DNA of 64,000 nt, taken from contig NC_058368.1 of the NCBI RefSeq assembly GCF_018350175.1, forward strand, positions 71,240,001 through 71,304,000, in the 5' to 3' direction. The stretch comes from Felis catus (lineage: Eukaryota). The position numbers were made by a program, and so were the translations under genes. Below the pieces are notes generated by a model. The model saw nothing but the letters and a program-made list of their open reading frames with translations. It did no database searches and was not told the DNA's origin. Below are positions 11,780 through 26,000 of the stretch, in pieces (the first letter of the stretch is position 1; each line of letters opens with the position of its first letter).

Positions 11780-14700
11780 GATTTCCTTTTTAAAAAATGT
11801 TTTTTAAAGGTTTCTTTTTTAAAATCTGGGCAAAGATGGTAAGCGAAAAATAAAACAATGACTGTCATATATTAATAGAAAAATCCCAAGTAATAGGAAA
11901 ATGGAATAAAATAATTTACTTAAGTAATATGCTGCAGCCACATGGAGTGTATTCATGACATTTCAATGTGGTTCAAAATTAGAGAATATTAATATATTAA
12001 TAAGTTAGTAGAGGAACACTAGATGATTATTCTGATAAAAGCCTAGATGTCATTTAAAAGAAATTCACTGTCTTTGTAAAATCCTTAGTAAAACAGGATT
12101 AAATACATGCTGCCTTCCCATAATAAGAAGGTTATACCTCATAGGAAGCATTCTCATGAAATTCAGGGTAAAGGCTGATAAATTTACTCTCACTACTGTT
12201 ATTTAACAGCATTCTAAAAGTGCTAGGTAGTGTGTTAGGCAAATGTAAAAATGGTGGACAGGAAAGGTAGAAATAGTAAGATTGTATTGGGTTTCTAGTT
12301 ACGTAGTTAACTGAATAACTATTTAGAAATATAAAAAGCCATCTCTATGGTTGTTAAAAAATAAATCTGTAGTTTTCCTATATGTATCATCAACAAAGTA
12401 GCAAATACAACTGGCATGCCTGGGTGGCTCAGTCAGGTAAGCGTCAGACTTCAACTCAGGCCATGCATGGTCTCACAGTTGGTGAGTTCAAGCCCTGCAT
12501 CGGGCTCTCTGCTGTCAGAGAGACAGACTGGTTTCTCATCTCTCCTCTGTCTCCCTTTCTTTCTGCTTCTCGCCTGGACACATACGTGCTTTCTGTCTTT
12601 CAAAAATCAATGTAAAAAAATACAACTGAAAATGTATAGCTTCATAGAAACAGTGGAAAAGGTAAAGCACTTGATATGAAATCTGTAGGACTTATAGGAG
12701 GACTTATTTTTGTATAGGGAAATTGAATAGTGTAAATACTAGTTATTTGAAAGTTTATGTACATTTCTCTATTAAATTCTAATGCAGTGTAATTGGGGGG
12801 GGGATGACAAAGGAGTAGTAAATTTGCAGAATGTCCTAGAAAAGTCGGTGGAAAATTGAAGAGGGGACCAACCTAACAGATACTAAAGTACATTGTAATA
12901 CCTTTTCATGCAGAAATAACCAGGAGCACACCATAAAATTTTGGAGCAAGAAGAGACAGGTCTGTGGAGTAAATTCATTAGATTTTAGGCAGAGGGCTGA
13001 TATGGGAGAATTTCTTGATTTGTTGAAGAGGGCCTTATTAATATGAATATTGACTTAGAAGGCAGGAGAGGTAGATTCTAGGGGTTTATGCCACTAATTT
13101 GTAATTGTAGGTATTCCCAGAGAAGTTAAGAAATATAAAAGATGAGAAATGTTTGGATTTAGTGACTAGGACTTTTCTAAATGGGAAGGTGGATCCTACT
13201 TCGTTAGTTTGGTGAATAGTGGGAATAAAGAATTTGCAAACATAGAGGTTGTACTCAAAATGCATGTTAGATAACTATTTATTTTTATAACTTTGTTTTT
13301 AAGTAAAAAGATAGTATGCTTTCCCGTAAGAAATAGCAAAATCTTATTATATTTGTATCAAATCTCTGAAGTAACATTTTGATTTTTCTTAAAATGGACT
13401 AAATGATTCTGTGCTATAACCTTTCGCTATATTTTCTATCTAGACTCCTAAATTGAATGTATCAATGTTTTGTTGCTTTGTGTTCAGTGATGTTGGATGT
13501 AAATGAGAAATGCCTAGTATTTACTACTTCAGAACCCAAACTTAAAATCAGGGAAGTAGCCATTGTGACTCCCATCTTGGTCAGACAGCCTGCTGTTTGA
13601 AGTATGATTCCTGATGTGTATTGTAGTCTTACCCTTAGGATTCAGTAATGAGATTGAGCGGGGTTTCCTGTGAGCAGTCTGGGGTGATTGACAGTAAGGT
13701 GAGGGGAATCATCACTTAGCATGCCTACCCTTGATAATATTTCCCTGCTGTCTAGGGAGGTACTAAGGACAAATAGGACTTCGTGATGTCTATGTAATTA
13801 GTGTACGTTGGTTCCAGCTGAACAAACTGGAGGGTAATGATCAGGTAAATGAAGAAGGAATACATTAATGTAGGCTAAGGTATAAAAGACCTTAGGGGAA
13901 ACGTTATAAAAATTTTACGGGGTTGTTAGAATGTATGTTTTATTTTTATGTATATCTTTATATATTTATTATTTTTGTTAGAATATCTTTAGTTTTAGCT
14001 GTATGGAAAGCAGTTTAAAGGTAAAAACCTCATGCATTAACTTTTTCTCACATGGTTTAGTTTTTAGGATATTTTCAACCTTTTATTATTTGGAAAGGAG
14101 TTATGAGTTCTTGAGTTAAAATACATTTCACAATCCGTTAAGGACTTCTTTACAATCAATGTAGTCATTGATCCTCAAATTGGAATAAAGAAGTAAAGGG
14201 CAGGTTTGTAAAACTTTTGGGTGATAACTTAATTCAGGTGACCATTTATTGTATGTGTGTGTAGTTGAGATGGTATATTTATTTATTTATTTTTATTTTT
14301 TATTTTTTATATTTTGAGATGGTATATTTAAATAACATTTTCTTAAATAGCTTTTACTAGTACAGAATACTTTAAGATGATGTTCGTGAGGATCCATGTT
14401 TCCCATTTGGTCTTATTTCATTCAGAAACATGGCCAATTATTTAGATTGCATTTAGAAAATGCAATATTTAGAAAATCTATAGGATTCTTAAATCATTTT
14501 TTTGAAAAAATACTGTCATTGTTCATCACGAAGTATTCTTATCAGCAGGATAAAGTTGCACAGTAAAGCCTCTGATAGTGATTGCAATACTGTATTTAAT
14601 GGGAAGGGAGGAATTGGCTTCATTAATGTGATTTTTGGACCTTGGGGTTCTGGTGATTAGGTTTTTAAAGAGTTTTTAAATGGCATACCTGCTTTAAAAC

Positions 14701-17049
14701 TTGTTATTGCTCACTTTTCTTGTAAAACATAGTGCTTTCAGTAACCTTTTTGGATTTAGAATACAATGTATCAACCTTTGCAAATTTAAAACACTAGACT
14801 TGACGGTGAGAAACTAATTGGGAGAAGAAAGTATATGAAATGTTCAGACGTTTCTTCTCTTTGCTTTTATTGTCCTTGGAAAAACATTTTGCAGAAACAT
14901 TATACTCTGTCAATTTAAAATGTTTTGATTATCTTTGGCTTGGCTAAATTACTTTCTCTATATTTTTGGGTAAAATGGAATAGGTTAGGATTCCTGGTAG
15001 GGATTTGTTCACATTAATATGGCTCATCAGGGACATTATATTTAATTGGAGGTCCTGCAGAATAGTAGCAGGAGGCTGAAGAGAATGATTTAGCATTAGC
15101 AATGGCTCGTCTGGGAGTTGTGCACTAATCAAGGAGCTTGAGTGCTAGCAGTGGGGATGATGGGAATTATGACGATTATGACATGTAAGCATGTCTGTGT
15201 GCGAACTGGACGGGCAATGAGTTAATCAAGAAGTATATTAAATGGCTCCCATGCTGATTCATTATCATTTACCATAGTGCCTGTCAGGTTGTGTATTTAA
15301 AAAATACAATTATTGCTGAACTCAATATGTATAAATTCAGCCACTATTCTTCGCTTTTCAATAAAATACCCTCAAATTACCTAATACATATAAAAATGGA
15401 AAAATGAACCAACCCTGCTGACTGTGTGATTTGGGTATTATAGTATCTTTTTTTTTAAAACACTTTAGAGTTAACCCTTAATTTCAGATTCATTTAAAAC
15501 CTTGTTTACTTTGCCCTTTCATATATTCGTTTAAATACCCTGGCTTATTTCTGCTGCATACAAAGTTTGGGTTCAAAAAAAATAATCTTTTCAAGATTAA
15601 AAATAATTCCAATATTTGAGAAATATATTAATATTTAAGGCATGAAGCTGCAGACAAATCAAGGCATTAATCTTTTCTACCATCAAAATGCTCCAAAATC
15701 AGGGGGGTGGGCGTGGTGGTGGTAGAAATTTCCTTTGCTCTAGTGGGTGGTCTCTTTGTGCCAGGTAGACCCATTCTGTGCCCAGCATGGTTAGAGCCAT
15801 CTGTCATGAAACTATCAGTTAGAAATGCTAGAAATGTACATATTTTGGGGGAAATGGAACCAATAAATTGAATTCCTTTTAGAAAATAAATTGAAATACA
15901 GCATAAATCCATGAGCAAACTGGATTATATCTATAGGCAAATTTATAGAGTTACTGTACAGATGAACACACACAGTTTCTTTCTTTTACTGTAAGCACTG
16001 CCAAATTTAATACAAGTTTCTACCAAACTGTGACCTTCATGTATTAACTTAATTAAAGCAATATTATGGGTACTACTCAAAGTGTTAACCTGTGGGTGGT
16101 TGTTACTGAAATCCATTATCTATGGAGTCAGTGTTAGTGGTCAGCTGCATCAAAAATAAAACTTGCAACCAAGACAGTCCCTTGGGTGCTGTGAGCTCAG
16201 CAGGTTAAATTGTCAAAATCTGTCAAAGCTGCTTAAAAGACTATTTTAAACCCCCTGGAGTTCAAGGTACACCAGCCATTACAGTCAAGAAGGACTATGA
16301 CTTTATTTAGCAGCAATGTGAAAATTACATTTGGACAGGAAAAAAGGATTTATATCCATATCTTCATGTATGAATTCCTTTATTGACATGTGTTTGGGTA
16401 CTTGCTATTTAACTTAAACATTAAAAAAAAGTTGGACTTTGAAAATTTATTTTGAGAGAGAGCACACATGCAAGTGTGCAGGTAAATGCACGTGTGTTTG
16501 GCAGAGGGACAGAGGGGTGGGAGGGGGGAGAGAGAATCCCAAGCAGGCTCCATGCTTGTCAGTGCAGAGCCCCAAGTGGGGCTCAATCTCCTGAACCATG
16601 AGGTCATTTTCTGAGCTGAAATTAAGAGTATGGCGCTTAACCAACTGAGCCACTCAGGTGCAACTCCCAACTTTTAATCTATGGAAAGTAAGTTGTGAAG
16701 ATTTTCCTTTGTAAATTGGAAAAGAGTATCCCAAGACCTTCTCAATTTTGTTAACAAGAACTTTGACCTTTCAATGATATTAAAAATTTTAATTTAAGAC
16801 CAAAACACACTGAAATATTGAGTATATATATATTTGTATATTTTAATAATTCTGACAAATTTAAACAGCATAATTTGAAAAAGAACATTGTTTCAGTATA
16901 GTTAATGCCTGATGGTGGGAAAAAGTACTTAATTGTGGATTTTTCTTCAAGCATCTATTTAAATAGGCTTAGAAGTTCTGTAGTCTTACTGAAAAACATA
17001 CATAAAAATATTTGAAAACCTAGCTTACCTTCATAAATGTAGTATTTAT

Positions 17050-20000
17050 TACTTTTAAAGATTTCAGTATAATTAACATACAGTTCATGTTTCAGGTGCA
17101 TAATGTAGTGATTCAACAATTATATACACTACTCCGTGCTCACCAAGTTAAGCGTACTCTTAATTCCCTTGACCTGTTTCACCCATTGTCTCACCCACCT
17201 CCCCTCTAATAGCCATCAGTTCATTCTCTATATTTAAGATTAAGGCTGTTTGTGTGTGTGTGTACACATAACCACATCATCTTTACCCATGCATCTATCA
17301 ATAGATACTTTGGCTGCTTCCATGATTTGGTTATCATAAATAATGCCGCAGTAAACATAGCTGTGCATATATCCTTTCAAATTAATGTTTTTGTATTTTG
17401 GGGGTAAATACCCAGTAGTGGAATTACTGTATCATATAGTAATTCTATTTTTAATATTTTGAGGAACCTCCATGATGTTCCACAGTGGCTGCACCAGTTT
17501 GCATTTCTATCAGCAGTGGGTGAGGGTTCCTTTTTCTCTATATCCCCCCAAAAACTTATTTCTTATCTTTTTTCTTCTTAAGATCTTATTTTAAGATTTA
17601 TTTATTTATTAGAGAGAGAGAGAGAGAATGAGAGAATGAGAGGGGGGAGGAAGAGAGAGAATCCCAAGCAGGTTCCACACTGGCAGCACAGAGCCCAACG
17701 TGGAGCCCAAACCCATGAACCATGAGGTCATGACCTGAGCCGAAATCAAGAGCTGGATGATCAACTGGCTGAGCCACCCATGTGCCCCTCTTGAGATCTT
17801 ATTTGTAAGTATTTTCTACACCTAATGTGGGGCTCAAACATAGAACCCTGAGATCAAGAGTAGTGTGCTCTACTGGCTGAGCCAGCCAAGCACCCCATGA
17901 CAACTTAATACTAGCCATTCTGACAGGAGGGAGGTAATTCTCATTGTTTTCATTTGCATATCCCTGCTGATGAGTGATGTTGAGCATCTTTCTTTTCATG
18001 TGTCTGTTGGCCATCTCTTTGTCGTCTTTAGAGAAAGTCTGTTCATGTCTTCAGCCCATTTTAATTGATTATGTGGGGTTTTTTTTTTTGATAAATCTTA
18101 AGATCTTTATATATCTTTGGATACTAACCCTTTATTGGATATGTTATTTGCAAATATCTTCTCCCATTCAGTAGGGTTTTTGTTGTTGTCATTTGTTTCC
18201 TCTGCTGTGCAAAGCATTTTATTTTGATGTACTCTTGACAGTTTATTTTTGCATTTGTTTCCTTTGCCTCAGGGACCTATCTAGAAAAATGTTGCTACAG
18301 CTGATGTTAGAAAAATTACTCCCTGTGCTATCTCCTAGAATTTTTGTGTATGGTGTAAGAAAGTGGTCTAGTTTCATTCTTTTGCATGTAGCTGTTTAAG
18401 TGTTCCTAACATAATTTATTGAAGAGACTGTCTTTTTCCCATGGCATATTCTTGTCTCCTTTGTTGAATATTAATTGGCCATATAATTATGGGTGTATTT
18501 CGGGATGGTTTGTTCCATTGATTTATGTATCTGTTTTTGTGCCAGTACCATACTGTTTGGATTACTACAGCTTTGTAGTATATATTGAAATCTGGGATTG
18601 TGATACTTCCAGTTTTGTACTTCTCTTTCAACATTACTTTGGCTATTTAGAATTTCTTGTGGCTCCGTACAAATTTTAGGATTATTTGTTCTGTTTCTGT
18701 GAAAGATGCTATTGGTATTTTGATAGAGATTGCTTTAAATCTGTAGATTGCTTTATGTTGTATGGACATTAGTATTTGTTCTTCTAATCCTTGAGCAGGC
18801 ATGTATTTCCATTTGTTTGTGTCCTCTTCAGTTTCTTTCATCAGTGTTTTATTGTTTTCAGAGTATAGGTCTTTCACCTCCTTGGTTAAATTTATTCTTA
18901 GGTGTTTTATTATTTTTGCTGCAATTGTAAATAAGAGTATTTCCTTAATTTATCTCTTTCTGCTACTTCATTATTAGTGTATAGAAATGTAACAGATTTC
19001 TGTATATTGATTTTATGTCCTACGACCTTACTGAATTCATTTATCAGTTTTAGTAGTTTTTTGGTGGAATCTTTAGGGTTTCCTATCTTCTGCAAATAAT
19101 GAAAGTTTTACTTCTTCCTTATCAATTTGGATGCCTTTTATTTCTTTTCCTTATTTGATTGAGGTGGCTAGGCCTTCCAGTACTATGTTGAATAAAAGCG
19201 GTGAGAAAGGATATCTTTGTATTGTTCCTGATCTTAAGGGAAAAGTTCTTAGTTTTCCATCATTAAATATGATTTTAGCTGTAAGCTTTTCCTATATGGC
19301 CTTCATTGTATTCCCTCTAAACCTACTTTAAATGGATGTTGTATTTTGTCAAATGCTTTTTCTGTATTTATTGAGCTAATCATCCAGTTTTTATCTTTTG
19401 TTGATGTATCACATTGGTTGATTTGTGAGTATTGAACCACCCTTGCATCTCAGGAATAAGTCCCATTTGAACGTGGTGAATGAGTTTTTAAAAATGTATT
19501 GTTCAATTCAATTTGCTAATGTTTTATTATTATATCTTAATTTTTTTAAATACTTTTAAGAGAGAGACAGAGATGAAGAATGAGCAGGGAGGGGCACAGA
19601 GAGAGGGAGACACAGAATGTGAAGCAGGGTCCAGGCTCTGAGCTGTCAGCACAGAGTTCAACATGGGGCTCTAATTCACGAACTGCGAGATCATGACCTG
19701 AGCCGAAGTTGGACGCTTAACCCACTGAGCCACTCAGGCACCCCTGATTTGCTAATATTTTATTGAGGATGTTTTTATCCATGTTCGTCAGAGATACTGG
19801 CCTGTGGTTCTTTTTTTCATAGTGTCTTTATCTGGTTTTGGTGTCCGGGTAAGCTGGCCTCACAGAATTTGGAAGCTTTTCTTCCTCTTTTATTTTTTGG
19901 AATAGTTTGAGAAGAGTAGGTATTAACTTTTCATTAAATGTTTGGTAGAATTCACCTGTGAAGCCACCTGGTCAACTTTTGTTTGGGAGTTTTTAGATTA

Positions 20001-20183
20001 CTCATTCAGTTTCGTTGCTGGCTATTGGTCTGTTCAAATTTTCTATTCCTGGTTCAGTTTTGGGAGGATATATGTTTCTAGGAATTTATCCATTTCTTCT
20101 AACTTGTCCAATTTGTCAACAGGTAGTTTTTAAAAAAATTTATATATATATATATATGTATGTATACATATATATATGTATAT

Positions 20184-20250
<67 letters not shown>

Positions 20251-23200
20251 GAGAGAGAGAAAGAGAGAAATCTCTGCACCCAATGTGGGGCTTGAACTTA
20301 CAGCCCTGAGATCAAGAGTTTCATGCTCTACCAACTGAGCCAGCCAGGCACCCTGACATATAATTTGTCATAATATTCTTTCATAATCTTTTGTATTTCT
20401 ATGGTGTTGGTTGTTATTTCTCCTCTTGCACTGCTTATTTGAGTCATTGCTCTCTCTCTTTTTTAATGATTCTGGCTAAAGGTTTATTAATTTTGTTGGT
20501 CCTTTCAAAGAAACCATCTCCTGGTTGGATTGATTTTTGTTCTTTTTCTTTTTTTTAGTTTCTATTTTGTTTATTTCTGTCTAATCTTCATTATTTCCTT
20601 CCTTCTGTTTTGGGGTATTGTTTGTTCTTTTTCTAGCTCCTTTAGGTGCTTAGGATGTTTATATGAGATTTTTCTTGGGGCATCTGGGTGGCTCAGTCGA
20701 TTAAGCATCTGATTTTTGATTTCAGCTCAGGTCATGATCTCATGGTTTGTGGGATGGAGCCCCATATAGGGCTCTGTGCTGGCAGAGGGATTCTTTCTCT
20801 CTCTGTCCCTTCCCTGTTTGCTCGTGTGCTCTGTCTCTCTGTCTCTCAAAATAAACATTTAAAAATTTTTTTAAAAAATGAGATTTTTCTAGCTTCTTGA
20901 AGTAGGCCTGTATTGTTATAAACTTCTGTCTTAGAGCAACTTTTGCTGCATCCTGATGAATTTGGACTGTTAGGTTTTCATTTTCATTTGTCTCCATGTA
21001 TTTTTTAATTTCTTGGTTGACCTGTTAGTGTTTAGTAGCATGTTATTTAACCTCCGTGTATTTGTGTTCTTAACAGAGTTTTTCTTGTGGTTGATTTCTA
21101 GTTTAATTGGAAAAGATGCATGGAATGACTTTGATCTTTTTGAATTTTTTGAGACTTGTTTTGTAGCCTAATATGTGATCTGTTGGAGAATGTTACATGT
21201 GCACTTGAAAAGAATGTGTTTCCTGTTGTTTTAGGATGGAATGTTCTGAATATATTGGTTGGATCTATCTGGTCCAGTGTATTATTCAAAGCCACTATTT
21301 CCTTTTTGATTTTCTGTTTGGATGATCTATCCATTGATGTTAGTGGGGTGTTGAAGTCCCCCACTATTACTGTATTACTATCTGTTACTTCCTTTATGTT
21401 CATTACCTGCTTTATATATTTGAATGCTGCCATGTTGGGTGCATAAATATTTACAATTGTGTATCGTTTGTTGAATTGTTCCCTTTATGGTTATATAGTG
21501 TCCTTCCTGTCTCTTGTTACAGTCTTTGTTTTAAGATCTATTTTGTCCAATGTAATTATCACTGCCCCAGCTTTCTTTTTACTTCCATTTGTATTATAAA
21601 TGCTTTTCCATCCCTTCTCTTTTAATCTGCATGTGCTTCTGGGCCTGAAATGAGTCTAATGTAAGAAGCATATAGATGGGTCTTAGTATTTTTTATCCAT
21701 TCTGTCACCCTATGTCTTTTGGTTGGAGCATTTAGTCCATTTACATTCAGAGTAATTATTGATAGGTGTGTACTTACTGGCGTTTTGTTACTTGTTTTAT
21801 GGTTTTGTAGTTCTTCTCTGTTCCTTTCTTCTTTTGCTCTTCTCTTTCACAGTTTGCTAGCTTTCTTTCTCTAGGATTTCTTTCTCTTATTTTTTGCATG
21901 TCTATTACCAGTTTTTGATTTGTAGTTACCATTCAGTTTATATATAACATTTTATGCATATAGCAGTACATATTAAGTTATTGGTGGCTTCAGTTTTTAT
22001 CCATTCCCAAATCACTTAGTCCTCTCAGCCACATTTTAGGTATATGGTGTCATACTTGACATCCCTTTGTTTTGTGAATCCCTTGACAGATTTTTAAAAA
22101 TCTACTTAATTTTCCTGCTTTTGTACTTCCTTTTCTTACTCCTATCTTTGGTTTTTCCTTTCTACTCAAAAAGTTCCCTGTAACATTTCTTCTAGGGCTG
22201 GTTTAGTGCTCATGAATTCCTTCAACTTTTGTTTTTGGGAAACTTTGTCTCTCCTATTCTGAATGACAGCCTTGCGGATAGAGTGTTCTTGATTGTGGGG
22301 TGTATTGTTTTGTTTTGTTTTTTGTTAACGCTTGTGTATATCATGCCATTTCCTTCTGGCCTGTAAAGTTTCTGCTGGTCAGTCAGCTGATAGCCTTATG
22401 GGGTTTTCTTTGTATGTAACTGTTTTCTTTTCTCTTGCTGCTTTTAAAATTCTTTATCACTACTTTTTGTTACATTAATTACTACATGTCCTGATGTGGA
22501 CTTCCTTGAGTTGATTTTGTTGGGGGCTTTTTGTGCCTCCTAGATCTGGATGTCTCCTTCCTTCTCCAGATTCAGGAAGTTTTCAGTTGTTATTTCTTCA
22601 AATAATTTTTTTGCCCCTGTTTCTCTCTCTCTTTCTTCTGGGATCCCTGTTATGCAAATGTTATTATGCTTAATGGTGTTGCTGAGTTCTCTTAGTCTGT
22701 TTTCATTTTTAGTTATTTTTTTGTTTTTCCTGTTAAGCCTGTTTGATTTCCATTACTCTTTCTCCAGGTTGGTGATCGATTCTTCTGCTTCCTCTAGTCT
22801 AGTATTTATTCTTTCTGGTGTAGTTTCAATTTCATTTACTGCGTTCTTCATCTCTGATTGGTTGTTTTTCTTTGTGTTTGTTGAGGGTCTGACTGAAGTC
22901 CTCTACTCAAGTCCAGTGAGTATCTTTATGACCATAACTTTAAGTCCTCTTTCAGGCATATTATTTCTATCTGTTCCATTTTGCTCTTTAGCTGTGATTT
23001 TTTTTGTGTGTGTCCTGTTTTTCATTTGCCATACATTCCTCTGTTTCCTCATTTTGTCTAACTCTCTGTGTCTGTTTCTTTGTGTTAGGAAAATGAGCTA
23101 TGTCTCCTGCTCTTGAAAGTAGTGGCCTTATGGAGAAGAGGTCCTATAGTACCCTGCAGGGCAGTGTTCTCTGTTTACCAGAATCTGGCATTTCAGGAGT

Positions 23201-24709
23201 GTCTCCTGTGTGTGTTGTATGCGCCTATTAGGACTGAACCACATTTGCCTTCAGTACAGTCATCTTCAATGACTCTTTGCCTGTTGTACTTAGCATTTGG
23301 TCCTTGTGTTACCAGGACAGTCTGGGGTCAACTTGGGTTTGAGTTAAGGCAGAGTAGGCATTTGTCAGAGCTGCAGTAACACTGAAGTGTAGGATGCTTT
23401 CTGTGCTGTCCCCTGAGGTACTTTTGTTAGTGGGAATGGCCTGCAGTCAGACCACATGTCTGCCCCTGTTCCACTGCTGGGGCCACAGCATGTGTCATTC
23501 TCTTCCCCTCTCTCTGGGTCTGGAATTACTTTGGAGTGGTGCTGGCACACTAGGGGCTGCTTGCACACTGCCACCTTTGTAGCACCACTTTGGATGGACT
23601 CCTGCCAAGGGTGTGTTAGATGGGTTGGTTCCTAAGAGAATTTGGGGCATGGTGTGGGGTGCCAGCAAGGTCTGTGCTGGTCTGCTGTAGGAGAGCCTCT
23701 TCAGTTGTCTGGGAAACTCCTTCCCAGGCTGATTGCATTGGAGGGGGTAGATCTGCAGAAGCTCGTGTGTCCGGGCATGGCATTAGCAAACTAGGTTTAG
23801 AGTGTTTACCCTGTGCTTCCTGCAGATGTCTGTGTATTGTTGCTGGGGAGCAGGGGAGGGAAATGGCACATGCCACCTCTTTTGTTCTTGGAGAAGGCTT
23901 CCAAAGATCCCTGCCCCTCCTGCACACACTGAGATTAGTCAGCAAATCTCCCTTGCATATCCCCTAACAGCTTTTCAAACTGCTGCTTCTATGTTGTATC
24001 TCATTGTGACTCTTTATTGTGCTGTGTCTTTAAGGGCAGGGACTTAGTTTCCTACTGCCCTCCCACCTTGCCCAGAGCCAGGCCCACTGATGTTTAAAGT
24101 TTCATTTCTGGGTGGCTCAGTTGGTTACTGTCTGACTCTTGGTTTCTGCTCAGGTCATGATCCCAGGATCATGGGATTATTGAGCCTTGTGTCAGGCTCT
24201 GCACTGAGTATGGAGTCTGCTTGAGTTTTCTCTCTCTCCCTTTGCTCCTCTTGCCTGCTTGTATTCTCTTGCTCTAAAAAAATATTAAAATATTTAAATT
24301 AAAAATAAAAAGTTTCAGTTGTTAAGCCCCATTTACTGTAAGAATTAGCGAACGTTAGGTCCTTATGGCTCTCAAAGCCAAAAGTTACAAGATTTGTCTT
24401 ACCAGTGTGGGTCCCCTGTGTCTGGGGGTGCCTGGTGTGAGGTCTGTTCCTCTCCCCTCTCTGTGTCTGCAGCATCCTTGCCTCCTGCTGATAGTCCCTC
24501 AGGTCACAGGTCAGGTCACTGACCATGTCTCTGCCTTTCTTACCTTCTTTGTTGTGGCCTGTTCTCTACATTTAGCTGTGGAGAGTCTGTTTTGCCAGGC
24601 TTCTGGTTGTTTTCTGGTTACTTTCTAGTGATGTGGATGTTACCTATGTGTGTGTATACATGGGATGAGGTGAACCTTGGATTCTCCTACTCCACCGTCT
24701 TCACTGGAA
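17050..24709 (-). mobile_element. Near full-length decayed LINE-1 (carnivore-type) with several nested SINEs
   Basis: ORF2 endonuclease remnant VIVGDFNTPLTSMDRSSKQKI (21098-21433). Further ORF2 pieces at 20740-20997, 18910-19095, 18647-18877 and 18416-18634. ORF1 region about 22150-23100, GC-richer 5'UTR about 23100-24700 ending in an aagatggcggagtagga-like 5' terminus, 3'UTR near 17060-17240. Confidence 0.9.
20140..20246. repeat. (TA)n microsatellite
   Basis: Seen directly. Confidence 0.95.
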
Positions 24710-25167
24710 ATAAATACATTATTTTTGATATTGCAGTGTTTATTAGACCATGACCTAACCTTGTAACTGTTGCAGCCTCCCTCATTTAAGACTTCTTAGT
24801 GGAGGGAAAGATACAATCACTCCAGGTAATAACTATCACTTATTAAATATCTACAATATACAAATGAATTAGAATAACTATGTAAGGGAAGAATTATTGT
24901 CATTATTTTTAGTTGGGGAAAATGAGGGCTTTAAGATATAGTTTGCCTAGGAGTGTCTAGGTGGCTCAGTCGGTTAAGCCTCTGACTTTTGATTTTGGCT
25001 CAGGTCACAATCTCATTGTTTCCTGAGTTCAAGCCCTGCATCTGTAGTGCACTATAGTGCAGAGCCTGCTTGGGATTGTCTCATTCTGTCTTTCTCTGCC
25101 CCTCCCCTGCTTTCTCTTTCCTTCTCTTTCAAAATAAATAAGTAAACTTAAAAAAGAAAAAAGAAAT

Positions 25168-25479
25168 TTATATATATATGTATATATATATACACACACA
25201 CACATATATAAAGATATAGTTTATATATATATACATATATATATGTATATGTAGTTATATGTATATGTATATATATGTATATACATATATATGTAGTTAT
25301 ATGTAGTTATATATATGTATGTATATATGTATATACATATATATGTAGTTATATGTAGTTATATATATATGTATATATATGTATATACATATATATACAT
25401 ACATATATATGTATATATATATGTAGTTATATATATGTGTGTGTGTGTATGTATATATATATATGTATATATATATATA
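25168..25479. repeat. Compound (TA)-rich micro/minisatellite with recurring atatgtagtt units
   Basis: Seen directly. Lies in the tail of the SINE at 24950. Confidence 0.9.
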
Positions 25480-25649
25480 AAGATATAGTTTGCCTAAGTT
25501 CATTTTGCTAGTTATGCATTGGAGCTGAACGTGGAGTTGTGTGACTCCCCAGTTGTGCTTTTTCCATTGTACCCTATTGCTTCTCACACTAACTTTGTGG
25601 AAAACTCCCCTTTCTCCCCCAGAGAAGTTAGTTTATTAATTTGAAGGCT

Positions 25650-26000
25650 GGGTATTTATTAGGGCCTGTTGTAGGCCAGATGCTATACTAGTTGCTTGAA
25701 TTAGAATGGTGACCAGGAGCAACATGATTTCTGCTGTCATGGCACTTACAGTCCAATGGTAAAGCTAGATATAAAATAAGAAAACATATAAATAAGTATC
25801 TACAAATTGTGGTGTTATGAACCAACCAACCAGTTGTTGAAAGAGAATAATGGGGAACTCTTCATTAATAGTATGGTCATAGAATTTCTCTCTAAAGGGG
25901 TAAGATCTAGTGTGAGACCTGATGGATGAGAGTCAGCTTTCAGTTGGGCAGTCAGCTGGTCTGCTAGGTAGATGGGACAGCATGTGCGAAGTCCCTTCGC
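25650..26000 (-). mobile_element. LINE-2 3' fragment
   Basis: gtatttattagggcctgttgtaggccagatgctatacta...ctgctgtcatggcacttacagtc. Confidence 0.6.

Noticed and set aside
22550..23116. 188-aa hydrophobic ORF, the longest in the track
   Set aside because: Antisense reading of the A-rich L1 ORF1 region, not a membrane protein gene.
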